A DNA stretch of 64,000 nt from Burkholderiales bacterium (lineage in GTDB: Bacteria; Pseudomonadota; Gammaproteobacteria; Burkholderiales; Usitatibacteraceae), in contig JANYBL010000057.1 in the NCBI GenBank assembly GCA_025360815.1, positions 141 to 64,140 on the forward strand, in the 5' to 3' direction. The position numbers were made by a program, and so were the translations under genes. Positions 1-9,701 of the stretch are shown piece after piece. Position 1 is the stretch's first letter. The number at the start of each line of letters is the position of its first letter. The notes beneath the pieces were generated by a model. That model ran no database searches and was not told where the DNA came from. It saw nothing but the letters and a program-made list of their open reading frames with translations.

Positions 1-2365
1 ATGGATCGTGAATCGTCGTCACGCCAAACGCAAGCGATGCATAGTTGATCCAACTTTGCTGCGGAATAATTTCATCTTCTGCCATACCGCCATGCCAATG
101 CACATCGACCAATCCGGGGATGATGGTTTTGCCAACCGCATCGATTACCGTTGCACCTGCCGGTGCGATCACATCGGCCAGCTTGCCAATGGCGGTGATG
201 CGATTGCCCTTGACGACGATGCGCGCGTTATCAATCACTTCATCGCCCTTCATCGTGACAACCCTTGCGCCATTGATGACCATCGTGGCGGCGGGTTTGT
301 CCGCATTGGCTGCAAAGCCAATGTTTACGCCATTCTCGGCCATTTTAGGGAGGTCTTTTGCGTCCTTAACCGTGGTTGATGTGAAGGTGAATGCGTCCCG
401 CAAAGGTCGGGTAAAGAGCGCATTGCCCAATGAAAAATAAACGGTTTTGCTATCACCCGAAAAATGCACATACTTGCCGGCATTCACATCGAGCTGTTTC
501 ACCGGCAGCGCTTCCGCTTTCGGGCCGATAGAAATCGTCTTGCCAGCCTGCGGCAATGGCATCACGTAGGTGTGGAACCGCTCTTCGAACGCAAGCCATG
601 CACCATCGGGCGAGAGCGCAAAATCGCTGGTGAAATCCCCCTTCACCACGACATGCTCGGCTGATTTATCTAACTTCACGCGCACCAGTTGCATCGTCCA
701 ATCCACCTCGCCGGTGGTGTTCTGACGGGTGACGTAGATATGGTCGTTATCCGCCCCAAACAGGGGATCGCTACCATCTTCAACCACAAGGCGGGGTGCG
801 GCTTTCGCGTCAGTTGGCACCGAAAATATGCCGGTTTCAATACCGTACCACGGTGTTGTCAAATAGCCACCGCGCGCCTTCATGAACACGACTTGTCTAC
901 CGTCTGGTGAGAAGCTCGGCGAGAGATATTTGCCCGGTTCGCGGGTCAGCACTGTTTCCTTTCCGCTGGCGAGATCAAGGGTTCGTACCGAGCCAAGCTT
1001 TGCGTCATCCCACGTCGTGAAGACGATTGATTTTCCATCGCGCGAGAACGACGGAAATAATTCAAAACGATCATCCGACTTCGTTAAACGCTGCGGTTTA
1101 TTTTCCAATTTCCCCTCGGGCATTGCGCGAACATACAAATGCCCCAATGCCGAATAAATTACCTTGTCACCGGCCGGTGAAACACGCACCCAACGCAATT
1201 GGTGTACATCGAAGCTATCGGGCGCGACCTTGGTTTCAAAGCGCACGGCCTCACGGATCTCGCGTGTATCAGTGACATGGAAAGGTATTTCCTTCGCGGC
1301 ATTTTTGCTTTCCGCTTTGTCCAAAAATGGATCAACCCGCCAAATTTTTCCCTGCGCCCACACCACAATTTCCTTGCCACCGGGCATCCATGCAAATGCT
1401 GGATATACGCCTTGAATCGCCCACGCCTCCTGCATATCCCGTTCTAGGCCCGACCAAGCAACCGTTTCAATGCCGGTTTGAAGATCTTTCAAAAACAGGG
1501 TTGACTGGTTGCGCACCCGTCGCACAAACGCCAAATATTTTCCATCGGGCGAAGGCGTAGGACGCACCGCGCCACCTGCACCGCTGACCAATGCTTTGGT
1601 TTTACCGTCCTGCAAGTCGTGGCGGAAAATTTGGTAGATCTGCTTGTTGGAATCTTTGTTGTATTCAAAATTTTTGCCCGGCGTGGTGTCTTGCGAGTAA
1701 TACACATAACGACCATCGGGGGAGAAGGCGGGCTCGCCCAAATCCTTTTGCCAATTCGGTTTCTCGTTTAGTTGCACGCCTGCGCTGGCTGCGCCCGCAT
1801 GGAAGAGCCAAATTTCGCCAGAACCTAGTGAGCGTGTGCCGGCGTAATGTTTGCGCGCCGCAATGTACTGCCCGTTCGGATGCCAAACGGGGTTATTCAT
1901 CATGCGGATTTTTTCTTTGCTGATTTCTCGCGCATCGGTACCATCGACATTCATTGTCCAAATATTGTCGCCGCCGCCTGCGTCGGACATGTAAGTCAGT
2001 TTCTTGCCGTCGGGCGAAAACCGGGCTTGCATTTCCCACGCCATCGAATGTGTCAGCGCTTTGGCTTCACCACCGGCAATCGGTAACAGATATAAATCGC
2101 CGAGCAAATCAAACACAATTTGTTTGCCGTCCGGGCTCACATCCACCGTCATCCAAGTGCCGGTGCGGGTATCGATTTTAACTGTGGCGGATGCGCCGGG
2201 TGGCTTGTTCACATCCCACTTGGGCTTCGCTTTCTCGGCTTCCGGATCAGCAGCCGCGGACGACGCAAAAGTCGGTGCGCTCAGTGCAACCAACGATAAA
2301 ACCAAATACAAACCTTGATGCAATGCTTGGTGCAAAGCCGAACGCGGGGTAGAAAAAATAAACAT
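1..2365 (-). CDS. TolB-like beta-propeller / amidohydrolase fusion protein; the 3' end lies outside the window
   Basis: Only short + strand ORFs cover 1-2365. The reverse strand is open from the ATG (CAT at 2363-2365, GGAGA upstream) to the window edge. Translation reads MFIFSTPRSALHQALHQGLYLVLSLVALSAPTFA (signal-like), then repeated SPDGK/FSPDG propeller motifs. Near the edge it reads PGLVDVHWHG, the amidohydrolase HxH metal motif. Confidence 0.85.
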   Translation of the reverse strand, partial: MFIFSTPRSALHQALHQGLYLVLSLVALSAPTFASSAAADPEAEKAKPKWDVNKPPGASATVKIDTRTGTWMTVDVSPDGKQIVFDLLGDLYLLPIAGGEAKALTHSMAWEMQARFSPDGKKLTYMSDAGGGDNIWTMNVDGTDAREISKEKIRMMNNPVWHPNGQYIAARKHYAGTRSLGSGEIWLFHAGAASAGVQLNEKPNWQKDLGEPAFSPDGRYVYYSQDTTPGKNFEYNKDSNKQIYQIFRHDLQDGKTKALVSGAGGAVRPTPSPDGKYLAFVRRVRNQSTLFLKDLQTGIETVAWSGLERDMQEAWAIQGVYPAFAWMPGGKEIVVWAQGKIWRVDPFLDKAESKNAAKEIPFHVTDTREIREAVRFETKVAPDSFDVHQLRWVRVSPAGDKVIYSALGHLYVRAMPEGKLENKPQRLTKSDDRFELFPSFSRDGKSIVFTTWDDAKLGSVRTLDLASGKETVLTREPGKYLSPSFSPDGRQVVFMKARGGYLTTPWYGIETGIFSVPTDAKAAPRLVVEDGSDPLFGADNDHIYVTRQNTTGEVDWTMQLVRVKLDKSAEHVVVKGDFTSDFALSPDGAWLAFEERFHTYVMPLPQAGKTISIGPKAEALPVKQLDVNAGKYVHFSGDSKTVYFSLGNALFTRPLRDAFTFTSTTVKDAKDLPKMAENGVNIGFAANADKPAATMVINGARVVTMKGDEVIDNARIVVKGNRITAIGKLADVIAPAGATVIDAVGKTIIPGLVDVHWHGGMAEDEIIPQQSWINYASLAFGVTTIHDP

Positions 2366-2487
2366 TTTATCTCCAACAAAAAATTGAAATGCGCTAATGA
2401 TCATTAAAGCAATGAGGCAAACAGGGTAGCGCAAAAATGCGGTCAGAGCGTTGGCGCAACTCAAGCGGTATAATCTTTGTTGTGTAA

Positions 2488-2770
2488 GGTGCTTGAGTAG
2501 CTGCGTTTTGCGGCTCAAGTTAAACGGGAAGCGTGTGATTTTGCAGCGGTAACTGGTCGGCAACAACGGTCAACAATAGCCGCCCGCAGCAGCAAAAAAA
2601 TTCACGCACTGCCCCCGCAACGGTGATTGGGTATGTTGATGTGCGATCCACTGGATGAATCTATCTGGGAAGGGCGCATCAAAAGCGATAGTGATCATTT
2701 GGCGCATGTTTTTTATGGTGCACTTTTTAACACTGTCGCCGCCCATCAGTCCGGATACCGGCCTCGCACC
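2488..2770 (+). promoter_or_regulatory. Cobalamin (B12) riboswitch in the btuB leader
   Basis: Hallmark segments are present: ttaaacgggaagc, gcactgcccccgcaacggtg, ccactgg...tctgggaaggg, and the B12 box cagtccggataccggcc at 2747-2764. ggtgc (2488-2492) can pair with gcacc (2766-2770) as P1. A TATAAT-like box lies at 2469-2474. The element sits directly upstream of a TonB-dependent receptor. Confidence 0.85.
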
Positions 2771-2914
2771 ATGCGTATTGCTAGTTTAAGGCAGTTTTAA
2801 AGCAGTTTGAAAATGCGCATGACGGTGTGCACAGCGCTGCATTCAACTGCAATCGCGATGCATTAATACTCATGTGGCGTGCGGGGACGCTTGCCACTTT
2901 TATGAAAATCTTTT

Positions 2915-4786
2915 ATGAAAAACCTATCCGTCGCTAACCTTTGCACCATACGCTCCCGTTGTAAGTGTCATCAGACCATCCTGCCCCTCGCGATTTCCAC
3001 ACTGTTTGCCACAAATCTATCTGCACAAACAGCCCCATCCGCTACGGCTGCAACTCTAAACAACCTCGTTGTTACCGCAAACCGAACGCCCCAAGATGCC
3101 GACAGCACACTCGCGCAAATCGCCGTCATTACCCGCGCCGATATTGAGGCAGTCGGCGGCCTGAATTTGACTGAACTGTTGCAACGCAAAGCCGGTGTTG
3201 AAATCCGCGCAACCGGCGGTGCCGGTCAGCCATCAGGTGTATTCATTCGCGGCGCGAACAGCCAGCACACCTTGGTGTTGGTGGACGGCTTAAGACTCGG
3301 CTCCTCAACCGCTGGTGGCGCCGCGTTTGAGAATATTCCACTCGATTTGATTGAGCGGATAGAGATCGTCAAAGGCCCGCTTTCGGGTGTTTACGGCTCG
3401 GATGCCATCGGCGGTGTGATCCAGATTTTTACCCGAGTCGCATCGAAGCCGCAGCTTACAGCCGAGGTAGGAGTAGGCTCTAATTCGGCGCGCGTCGTGA
3501 GCGCTGGATTTACCACCACCGACGATAAAACATCCTTCACCATCAACGCGGGCTATCGAGAAGTCAACGCGCGATCGGCAACCAACTCACTGGCCGGGCC
3601 ATACAGCTACAACCCAGATCGTGATCCGTATAGCAATGCGAATGTGTTGGTCAAAATTTCGCAAACGCTCTGGCAAGGCGAAACGATTACAGCCTCAGCT
3701 TGGCAATCAGTTGGCCGTGTGAAATACGATGATGGCGTACCCGGTGATCCGTCGAACAAACAAATCTTGTCAGGCCTGCTGCTGGTTTCGGAGAACAATT
3801 TCGCACCGGATTGGAAATCGAATTTCCGTATCGGCCAAACCACCGATGATATTCGCATCACCTCGGCTTATCCGGGCACGTTTAAGACTGCGCAGAATCA
3901 AGCGGTTTGGTCGAACGAATTTAAGACATTAGCCGGCAGCATGGGCGCGGGCGTGGAGTGGCGTGAGGAAAAAGTATCGTCAACAACCGATTATGATTCC
4001 AAGAAGCGCACGACCAACGCAATCTTCGCCAGCTATCTCGAACGCTTGGACGCAAACCAATTTGAATTCACTATCCGCCGCGATGAGGAGAAGCAATTTG
4101 GTAGCCGCAACACCGGCAGCGCTTCTTACGGGATTCAGCTGGCACCACACGCGTTGCTGTACGCACGCGGCGGCCGAGCCTTTCGCGCGCCAAGTTTTAA
4201 TGATTTGTACTATCCAGGCTTTTCCAATCCGAAGTTGCTGCCAGAACGTGGCGAACAAAAAGAGGGTGGCTTTAAATTTGCCGATCAAGATGTGCGTGCG
4301 AACGTTGCCTACTTTGATAATAAAATTGACGACCTAATCCTTTATGATTTTGTAACCAATAAGCCACAAAACATTCGTCGTGCCCGCATCAAAGGCTGGG
4401 AGTTCAATGGTGGCGCGACGGTTTTTGGTTTCAATTTCAACGCCGCGCTCACTGTGCAAAAGCCAATTGATGCCGACAGCAACAAGCAGCTTCGCACGAG
4501 GGCGAAGCAGTTTGGCCATGTTGGCCTGTCGCGTTCGTTCGGGGCATGGTCGTTTGGCGCCGATGTGACGACCAGCGGCGCGCGGTTTGAATCAGCTAGC
4601 GAATCTGCGGCGGCCAAAATGAGCGGCTATGCGTTGCTCGGTGCAAATGTGCGTTATCAGGTCAATAAAACATGGACGGTTGATGTCAACACGACCAATC
4701 TGGCAAACCGAGATTACACGCTGGCGCGCGGTTACAACCAGCCGGGCCGCGCGGTGTTTGTAACGGTTCGGGCGGCGGCGTTTTAG
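2915..4786 (+). CDS. btuB: TonB-dependent vitamin B12 outer-membrane receptor
   Basis: 623-aa ORF with a signal peptide, a TonB box (LVVTANR), a plug motif (DGLRLGSSTAGG...IERIEIVKGPLSGVYGSDAIGGVIQIFT) and a C-terminal aromatic residue (AAAF). It follows a B12 riboswitch. Confidence 0.9.
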   Translation: MKNLSVANLCTIRSRCKCHQTILPLAISTLFATNLSAQTAPSATAATLNNLVVTANRTPQDADSTLAQIAVITRADIEAVGGLNLTELLQRKAGVEIRATGGAGQPSGVFIRGANSQHTLVLVDGLRLGSSTAGGAAFENIPLDLIERIEIVKGPLSGVYGSDAIGGVIQIFTRVASKPQLTAEVGVGSNSARVVSAGFTTTDDKTSFTINAGYREVNARSATNSLAGPYSYNPDRDPYSNANVLVKISQTLWQGETITASAWQSVGRVKYDDGVPGDPSNKQILSGLLLVSENNFAPDWKSNFRIGQTTDDIRITSAYPGTFKTAQNQAVWSNEFKTLAGSMGAGVEWREEKVSSTTDYDSKKRTTNAIFASYLERLDANQFEFTIRRDEEKQFGSRNTGSASYGIQLAPHALLYARGGRAFRAPSFNDLYYPGFSNPKLLPERGEQKEGGFKFADQDVRANVAYFDNKIDDLILYDFVTNKPQNIRRARIKGWEFNGGATVFGFNFNAALTVQKPIDADSNKQLRTRAKQFGHVGLSRSFGAWSFGADVTTSGARFESASESAAAKMSGYALLGANVRYQVNKTWTVDVNTTNLANRDYTLARGYNQPGRAVFVTVRAAAF

Positions 4787-4842
4787 GCTCGCTAAAGCGA
4801 TCTCAGGTTACCAAAAGCCAGCAAAGGCGCTAACCAATACGC

Positions 4843-4899
4843 AAAATCGTCATTTCAGCGGGGAACGTAACGCCGTAAGCCCGCCGGGATGACGATTTT
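4843..4899. terminator. Long inverted repeat between the convergent btuB and protease genes; likely bidirectional terminator
   Basis: aaaatcgtcat (4843-4853) is the exact reverse complement of atgacgatttt (4889-4899). An inner cagcgggg / cccgccgg pairing lies between them. A/T runs flank both sides. Confidence 0.6.
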
Positions 4900-4911
4900 C
4901 AGTCGGCCGAT

Positions 4912-7900
4912 CTACTTTACCGTCACTGGATAAGCCGGCGGATCAATCTTGCGCATTGGCTCTTTCGTCATCTTGTCCAGCAAATAGGCAATCGCCGCAT
5001 CAAGCTGCGCATCGCTACCGTTGAAGGTGGCATGGGGCAAGTTATCAACGCGCACATCCGGCGCAACCCCGACACCTTCGGTAATCCATGCATGCTCTTT
5101 GCCGTCATCAACAAACGAGCCAAACTCTGCTGCGCGGGCGATGCCGTTATCGCGCAACCGATTTTGATCCGATAACCAAATGCCCGCACCAGCCGTTGTC
5201 ATGCCGATCAGGGGGGCGATGCCGAGCCGCTTCAAGCCTTGCGCCATGGTCTCGCCGTCCGAGTAGGTATCGGCATCAATGAGCGCCACGACATGACCCC
5301 GGAAGGCTAACTGCTGGTTTGTTCCCGGCGGCTCGTCATTGCGACCCTGCCAAAAATGCCATGCGCGGCGCTGAAGTTTTTCGATAATCCAGCTGTCAAT
5401 CGAGCCGCCATTGTTGCCGCGCAAATCGATAATCAAACCTTCGCGTGCAAACACCGGATAAAACTCCCGCACCCACCGAGCAATATCGTTTGGCCCCATG
5501 GCTTGCAAATGCACATAGCCGATACGTGTCGCCGATGCGGCCTCCACCTTGGCGTTGCGCTCACGCTCCCAGGTGAGATAGCGCAGCTCACGCTCACGGC
5601 GCGGGTCGGTCGGCGTGACGATGACATCTCGGGTTTTGCTGTTCGTTTCCAAAACCGTCATCAACACCTGCTTCTGCGTCTGGTTGCGCAGCAATTCGCC
5701 AAGATTGGCTACTGGCGCGGCATTTAGGCCATTTATCGAGGTGATAATCGCGCCCACTTTGATGCCGACTTCAGGCCTCGCCAAGGGGCTGCGCTCCTCG
5801 AGCAATTCGGGATCGCCGCCAAAAATTTTCGTTACGCGAAACCCCTGCGGCGTTTTTTCAAACTCAGCGCCCAAGCTTGAAACATCAATGGTATCTGCGC
5901 CACGCCGAATGTCGTTTGCACCGACTTGGCTGTGCAGCGCCGACACTTCCGAAATCATTTGCGACAAGACATCGTTGACTTCGGCACGATCAGTCACCCG
6001 ATCCATCAGCGGTTGGTATTTGGCGCGGACTTTCGGCCAATCAGCGCCGTGCATATTTTTGTCGTAAAAATAATCGCGGTGCATCCGCCAAGCGTCCACG
6101 TACATTTGCTTCCACTCTTCGCGTGGATCGACAGGGAAAGTCCAGTCACGCAGGTTCACGGCTGACTTTCCTTGATCTGGCGGCGGCGGGGCGGCTTTAC
6201 CCACATCAAAGACAAATAATTCATTTGCGCGTCGGATGAAAATCTTTTTGCGATCCTGGGTTAATTGATAGCTGCGGATTTCATCGAAAAACACATCGAG
6301 TGTTGCGGGCGTCGTACTCGCCGCTTCAATTGCGACCGAACGCAGTGATCGTTTGCGCTCAAGCGTTGCCTCGGCAACAGCCACATAAAGACGCTTGCCA
6401 TCGGTAGACAGATCGCTGTAGTTGCCAGCCGGAATCGGCACTTCATACAAACGCTCGGCAATGCCTTCAAGGACGAGTGGTGAGACTTTAATGGCGGCGG
6501 CATCTTTGCCTGTACCAGTCTCTTTCGCATCAACTTTAGCCGTCGCGGTGGTGGTGACAGTTGCAGCGCCGCCTGTAGAAGAGGCGGTCGTGGTTGAAAC
6601 TGATGCCGTTGCCGAATCCGTTTTTTTCTCAGGCTCTGGTTTCTGCAATTCATCTTTAGGCAAGAACGGCCAACGCGCTAGCGGGTCGAGCGCATAGGCA
6701 TAAATTTTTATTTGACGATCGAAATAAGGCTCTGGATTGCGCTGCCCCCAAGGCGAGCCGACGACGGATTGCAAATTACGGTTCGATAAAAAATAAAGCC
6801 ACTTTCCATCAGGGCTAAAGGCAGCATCAAGCGCATCGTAGCGATCACTCGTGATTTGCGTGCGTTTGAGTGTGGCGATTTCGATCACATGCAGCGCGTC
6901 GAATTGATTGGCCCCTGTTTTGCTGAAAGCGAGCCAGCGGCTATCGGTTGACCAGACGAGGCGGTCAAACGCGGCGTCGTTGTTACGATCAATTTGCTTG
7001 TCTTCACCGCTGGCGATATTGAGCAAAAATAGGGTGTTGCGATTATTGGTATGCGCAATCCACTTGCCGTCAGGCGAAGGCGTTGCGTGGCGACGGAGCA
7101 CGCTGGCGCTTTGTGTAAGCTGCTTGCCGGAACCAGCACCGTTTGCAGAGTAACGCCAGAGCTCCATTTCGCCTGAGGTGTCAGCGAATGCAAACACCGA
7201 TTTGCCATCGGATGAGAAGGTGGCGTGGCGTGCCCGTACCTCGCTCGCCCGCGTCACTTCGACACGTCGCCCGAGCCCAACTGGCGCTGCGAAAATTTGC
7301 CCACGAGCGGTAATGACGACCTTGTCGCCGGTCGGCGAAGGCTCCACATCGGTAACAAAATCCCATGGAGTTTTTATCCAGCGGCTGCGGGTGTGCTCAA
7401 AATCGGATTGCAGTGTAATGACCAATTTTCGGTCTGCGTTGGTGGCGGTATCGAGCACATAAACATCGGCGCCACGCTGGTAGGCGATTGATTTGCCGTC
7501 GGCTGAAATCGACGCACCGCGAATATCGAAATCTTTGTGTTTGGTGTGTTGCCTCAGGTCCCGACCAGCCAAATCCATTGACCAGAGATTGAACGTGCCA
7601 TCACGGTCAGATAGAAAATAGACACGATTGCGACTGTTGTCGCACATCGGTTGGCGGCTCGTCCCTTTGTAATCGCCCGTCAGCAGCGTTGCTTCTGCTG
7701 CCGGTTTACTAGCCGTGCCGACATCAAATCGCCAAATTTTCTGCGCCAATCCACCAATGTAGTGTTTGACGTTGTCTGATGCCAATGGATGCCGCGCAAA
7801 AAATAGCGCATTGTTGTTAAAGCAGCCTTCCGCTGCGTCGGCGAGCGGAATCGCTGTGCTGAAATGCGTTGTCATATCGACAACGTAGAGCCGGGTCGTC

Positions 7901-8328
7901 GGTTTGCCCGAGTAACGTGCGGTCGCGTAAATTATTTTGTTATCAGCTGTCCAGCCCTGCACGCGAGCGGTGTCGCCTTCATAAGTCAGGCGCGTTGGTG
8001 CGCCGCCTGTAATGGGCATCACATATACCTCGGCTGGCCCTTCGTAGCGGCCCGTGAACGCAACCCATTTTCCGTCAGGTGAAATCGCGGGGTTTGATTC
8101 TTCAGCCGAATGGGTGGTTAAGCGCTGTGCCGTTGTCGGCGAGGCAGATGCCGACATGCGCCATAAATCTCCTTCAGCGACAAAAACAATGGTGTCGCCC
8201 GAAATGCTGGGCTGGCGGAAATAGCCCAATTCGGCAGCGGTTGCGGCCATTGCATTGATGCCGAGCGCAATTAAAATCAGGCGCAAAACCATATATAAAA
8301 GCGTACGCAAAAATGATGGAAAATTCAT
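4912..8328 (-). CDS. Tricorn-protease-like periplasmic S41 peptidase (beta-propellers + PDZ + S41 domain)
   Basis: Long ORF with TolB-type repeats (SPDGKW, SADGKS, SSDGKS, SPDGKW), a PDZ-like segment and the S41 motif IDLRGNNGGS. The likely start is MNFPSFLRTLLYMV (CAT at 8326-8328), which gives a signal peptide. The track start at 8463 is an upstream extension. Confidence 0.85.
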   Translation of the reverse strand: MNFPSFLRTLLYMVLRLILIALGINAMAATAAELGYFRQPSISGDTIVFVAEGDLWRMSASASPTTAQRLTTHSAEESNPAISPDGKWVAFTGRYEGPAEVYVMPITGGAPTRLTYEGDTARVQGWTADNKIIYATARYSGKPTTRLYVVDMTTHFSTAIPLADAAEGCFNNNALFFARHPLASDNVKHYIGGLAQKIWRFDVGTASKPAAEATLLTGDYKGTSRQPMCDNSRNRVYFLSDRDGTFNLWSMDLAGRDLRQHTKHKDFDIRGASISADGKSIAYQRGADVYVLDTATNADRKLVITLQSDFEHTRSRWIKTPWDFVTDVEPSPTGDKVVITARGQIFAAPVGLGRRVEVTRASEVRARHATFSSDGKSVFAFADTSGEMELWRYSANGAGSGKQLTQSASVLRRHATPSPDGKWIAHTNNRNTLFLLNIASGEDKQIDRNNDAAFDRLVWSTDSRWLAFSKTGANQFDALHVIEIATLKRTQITSDRYDALDAAFSPDGKWLYFLSNRNLQSVVGSPWGQRNPEPYFDRQIKIYAYALDPLARWPFLPKDELQKPEPEKKTDSATASVSTTTASSTGGAATVTTTATAKVDAKETGTGKDAAAIKVSPLVLEGIAERLYEVPIPAGNYSDLSTDGKRLYVAVAEATLERKRSLRSVAIEAASTTPATLDVFFDEIRSYQLTQDRKKIFIRRANELFVFDVGKAAPPPPDQGKSAVNLRDWTFPVDPREEWKQMYVDAWRMHRDYFYDKNMHGADWPKVRAKYQPLMDRVTDRAEVNDVLSQMISEVSALHSQVGANDIRRGADTIDVSSLGAEFEKTPQGFRVTKIFGGDPELLEERSPLARPEVGIKVGAIITSINGLNAAPVANLGELLRNQTQKQVLMTVLETNSKTRDVIVTPTDPRRERELRYLTWERERNAKVEAASATRIGYVHLQAMGPNDIARWVREFYPVFAREGLIIDLRGNNGGSIDSWIIEKLQRRAWHFWQGRNDEPPGTNQQLAFRGHVVALIDADTYSDGETMAQGLKRLGIAPLIGMTTAGAGIWLSDQNRLRDNGIARAAEFGSFVDDGKEHAWITEGVGVAPDVRVDNLPHATFNGSDAQLDAAIAYLLDKMTKEPMRKIDPPAYPVTVK

Positions 8329-8549
8329 GACGACTATCCTTGTGAGATTAGTTTTTGGAAATGAGCGCGGGCAAAACCTTGAACAGAACACGACTGTATC
8401 ACTTCTGCAACACCTTGCCATTAAGTGCCGAAACACTAGCAATGGCGCGGTGTTTCGAGACATATCGCCTTTCAGTTGCAGTGCATTTTATGAGCATGAG
8501 CCATTCATATTTCAATCTCGGGAGCGTGAAATTCTGTTATCTTCTCGAC

Positions 8550-9665
8550 ATGACTCCTGATGCCGCCGACCTCTCACAAATCAAACGCGCGCTTGTCGTA
8601 AAGCTGCGCCACCACGGCGATGTGTTGCTGACCTCGCCGGTTTTCCAGGTGCTCAAAAACCATGCGCCGTCGATCGAGATTGATGCGCTGGTTTATCACG
8701 ATACGCGCGAGATGCTGACTGAACACCCAGCCGTTTCAGAGGTTTTTACGATTGATCGAGAGTGGAAAAACCTTAACGTGTTTGCGCAAGGGGCGCGGGA
8801 ATGGAAACTGCTCAAACAATTGCGGATGCGTCGCTATGATTTGGTGCTGCATTTGACGGAGCACCCGCGTGGCGCGTGGCTGACGCGGATGCTAAAGCCC
8901 CGATATTCGGTTGCACAACGCGCGATGGGCATTAATGAAGGCCGTGATTCCAAATGGTGGAAATCGAGCTTTACCCATACCTATCCTTCGCCTCGCGCGA
9001 CGTTTCGCCATACCGTTGAAAGTAACCTCGACGCGCTGCGGCGAATCGGTGTTTACCCTGGGATGCAGGAGAAAAAACTAGTGCTTGTGCCGGGCAAGGC
9101 TGCCGATGAAAAAGTTGCTGCGCTGATGACCAAACACGGCGTGGAAGCAAAAAAATTTATTCATATTCATCCCACCTCGCGCTGGTTTTTTAAAACCTGG
9201 CCGGCCGAACGATTTGCCGCGCTCATTTTGGAATTGGGTCGTGGTGGATTTAAGGTGGTGTTGACTGCCGCCCCCACTCAGGACGAACGCGCCATGATTG
9301 CCGCCATTAAGACTGAGTTAAAAGCGCCGGTGGTGGATTTGACCGGCTCGCTATCGCTCAAAGAGCTGGCGGCACTAACGAGGCAAGCCCGCGCCTTTGT
9401 CGGTGTTGATTCGGCGCCCATGCACATGGCCGCCGCCATGCAAACGCCGACGGTTGCGCTGTTTGGCCCGTCGGGCGAGGCGCATTGGGGGCCGTGGGGC
9501 GTGGTGCACCGTATCGTTGCATCCCAAGACCCGCGCCACACTTGCCGCCCCTGCGGCAATGACGGTTGCGGCGGCTCGAAAGTCAGCGAATGTCTGACGG
9601 AGCTACCGGTTTCGCAGGTGTTGGCGGCATTAAATGAGTTGCTGGCAACGGAAGTTACCGCTTGA
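8550..9665 (+). CDS. LPS heptosyltransferase (GT9 family, heptosyltransferase III-like)
   Basis: The N-terminus from ATG 8550 reads MTPDAADLSQIKRALVVKLRHHGDVLLTSPVFQVLK, typical of the ADP-heptose:LPS heptosyltransferase family. GVDSAPMHMAAA lies near the C-terminus. The gene is adjacent to a GT1 enzyme and msbA. Confidence 0.8.
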   Translation: MTPDAADLSQIKRALVVKLRHHGDVLLTSPVFQVLKNHAPSIEIDALVYHDTREMLTEHPAVSEVFTIDREWKNLNVFAQGAREWKLLKQLRMRRYDLVLHLTEHPRGAWLTRMLKPRYSVAQRAMGINEGRDSKWWKSSFTHTYPSPRATFRHTVESNLDALRRIGVYPGMQEKKLVLVPGKAADEKVAALMTKHGVEAKKFIHIHPTSRWFFKTWPAERFAALILELGRGGFKVVLTAAPTQDERAMIAAIKTELKAPVVDLTGSLSLKELAALTRQARAFVGVDSAPMHMAAAMQTPTVALFGPSGEAHWGPWGVVHRIVASQDPRHTCRPCGNDGCGGSKVSECLTELPVSQVLAALNELLATEVTA

Positions 9666-9701
9666 TGATGTTGCCGAAGTTTCTAAAATGAAACTAGCCC
9701 G

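Noticed and set aside
8-2318. About twenty short + strand ORFs in the track covering the first 2.3 kb
   Set aside because: They lie antisense to a continuous reverse-strand reading frame with clear TolB-propeller and amidohydrolase motifs. The track missed that gene because it has no stop codon inside the window.
8329-8463. N-terminal extensions in the track, for example at 8463, 14845, 25846, 31310, 37050, 44850, 46704 and 48563
   Set aside because: The track opens ORFs at the first possible start, including TTG, GTG and CTG. The extensions lack family similarity. Internal starts give proper signal peptides or conserved N-termini and avoid overlap with neighbouring genes.
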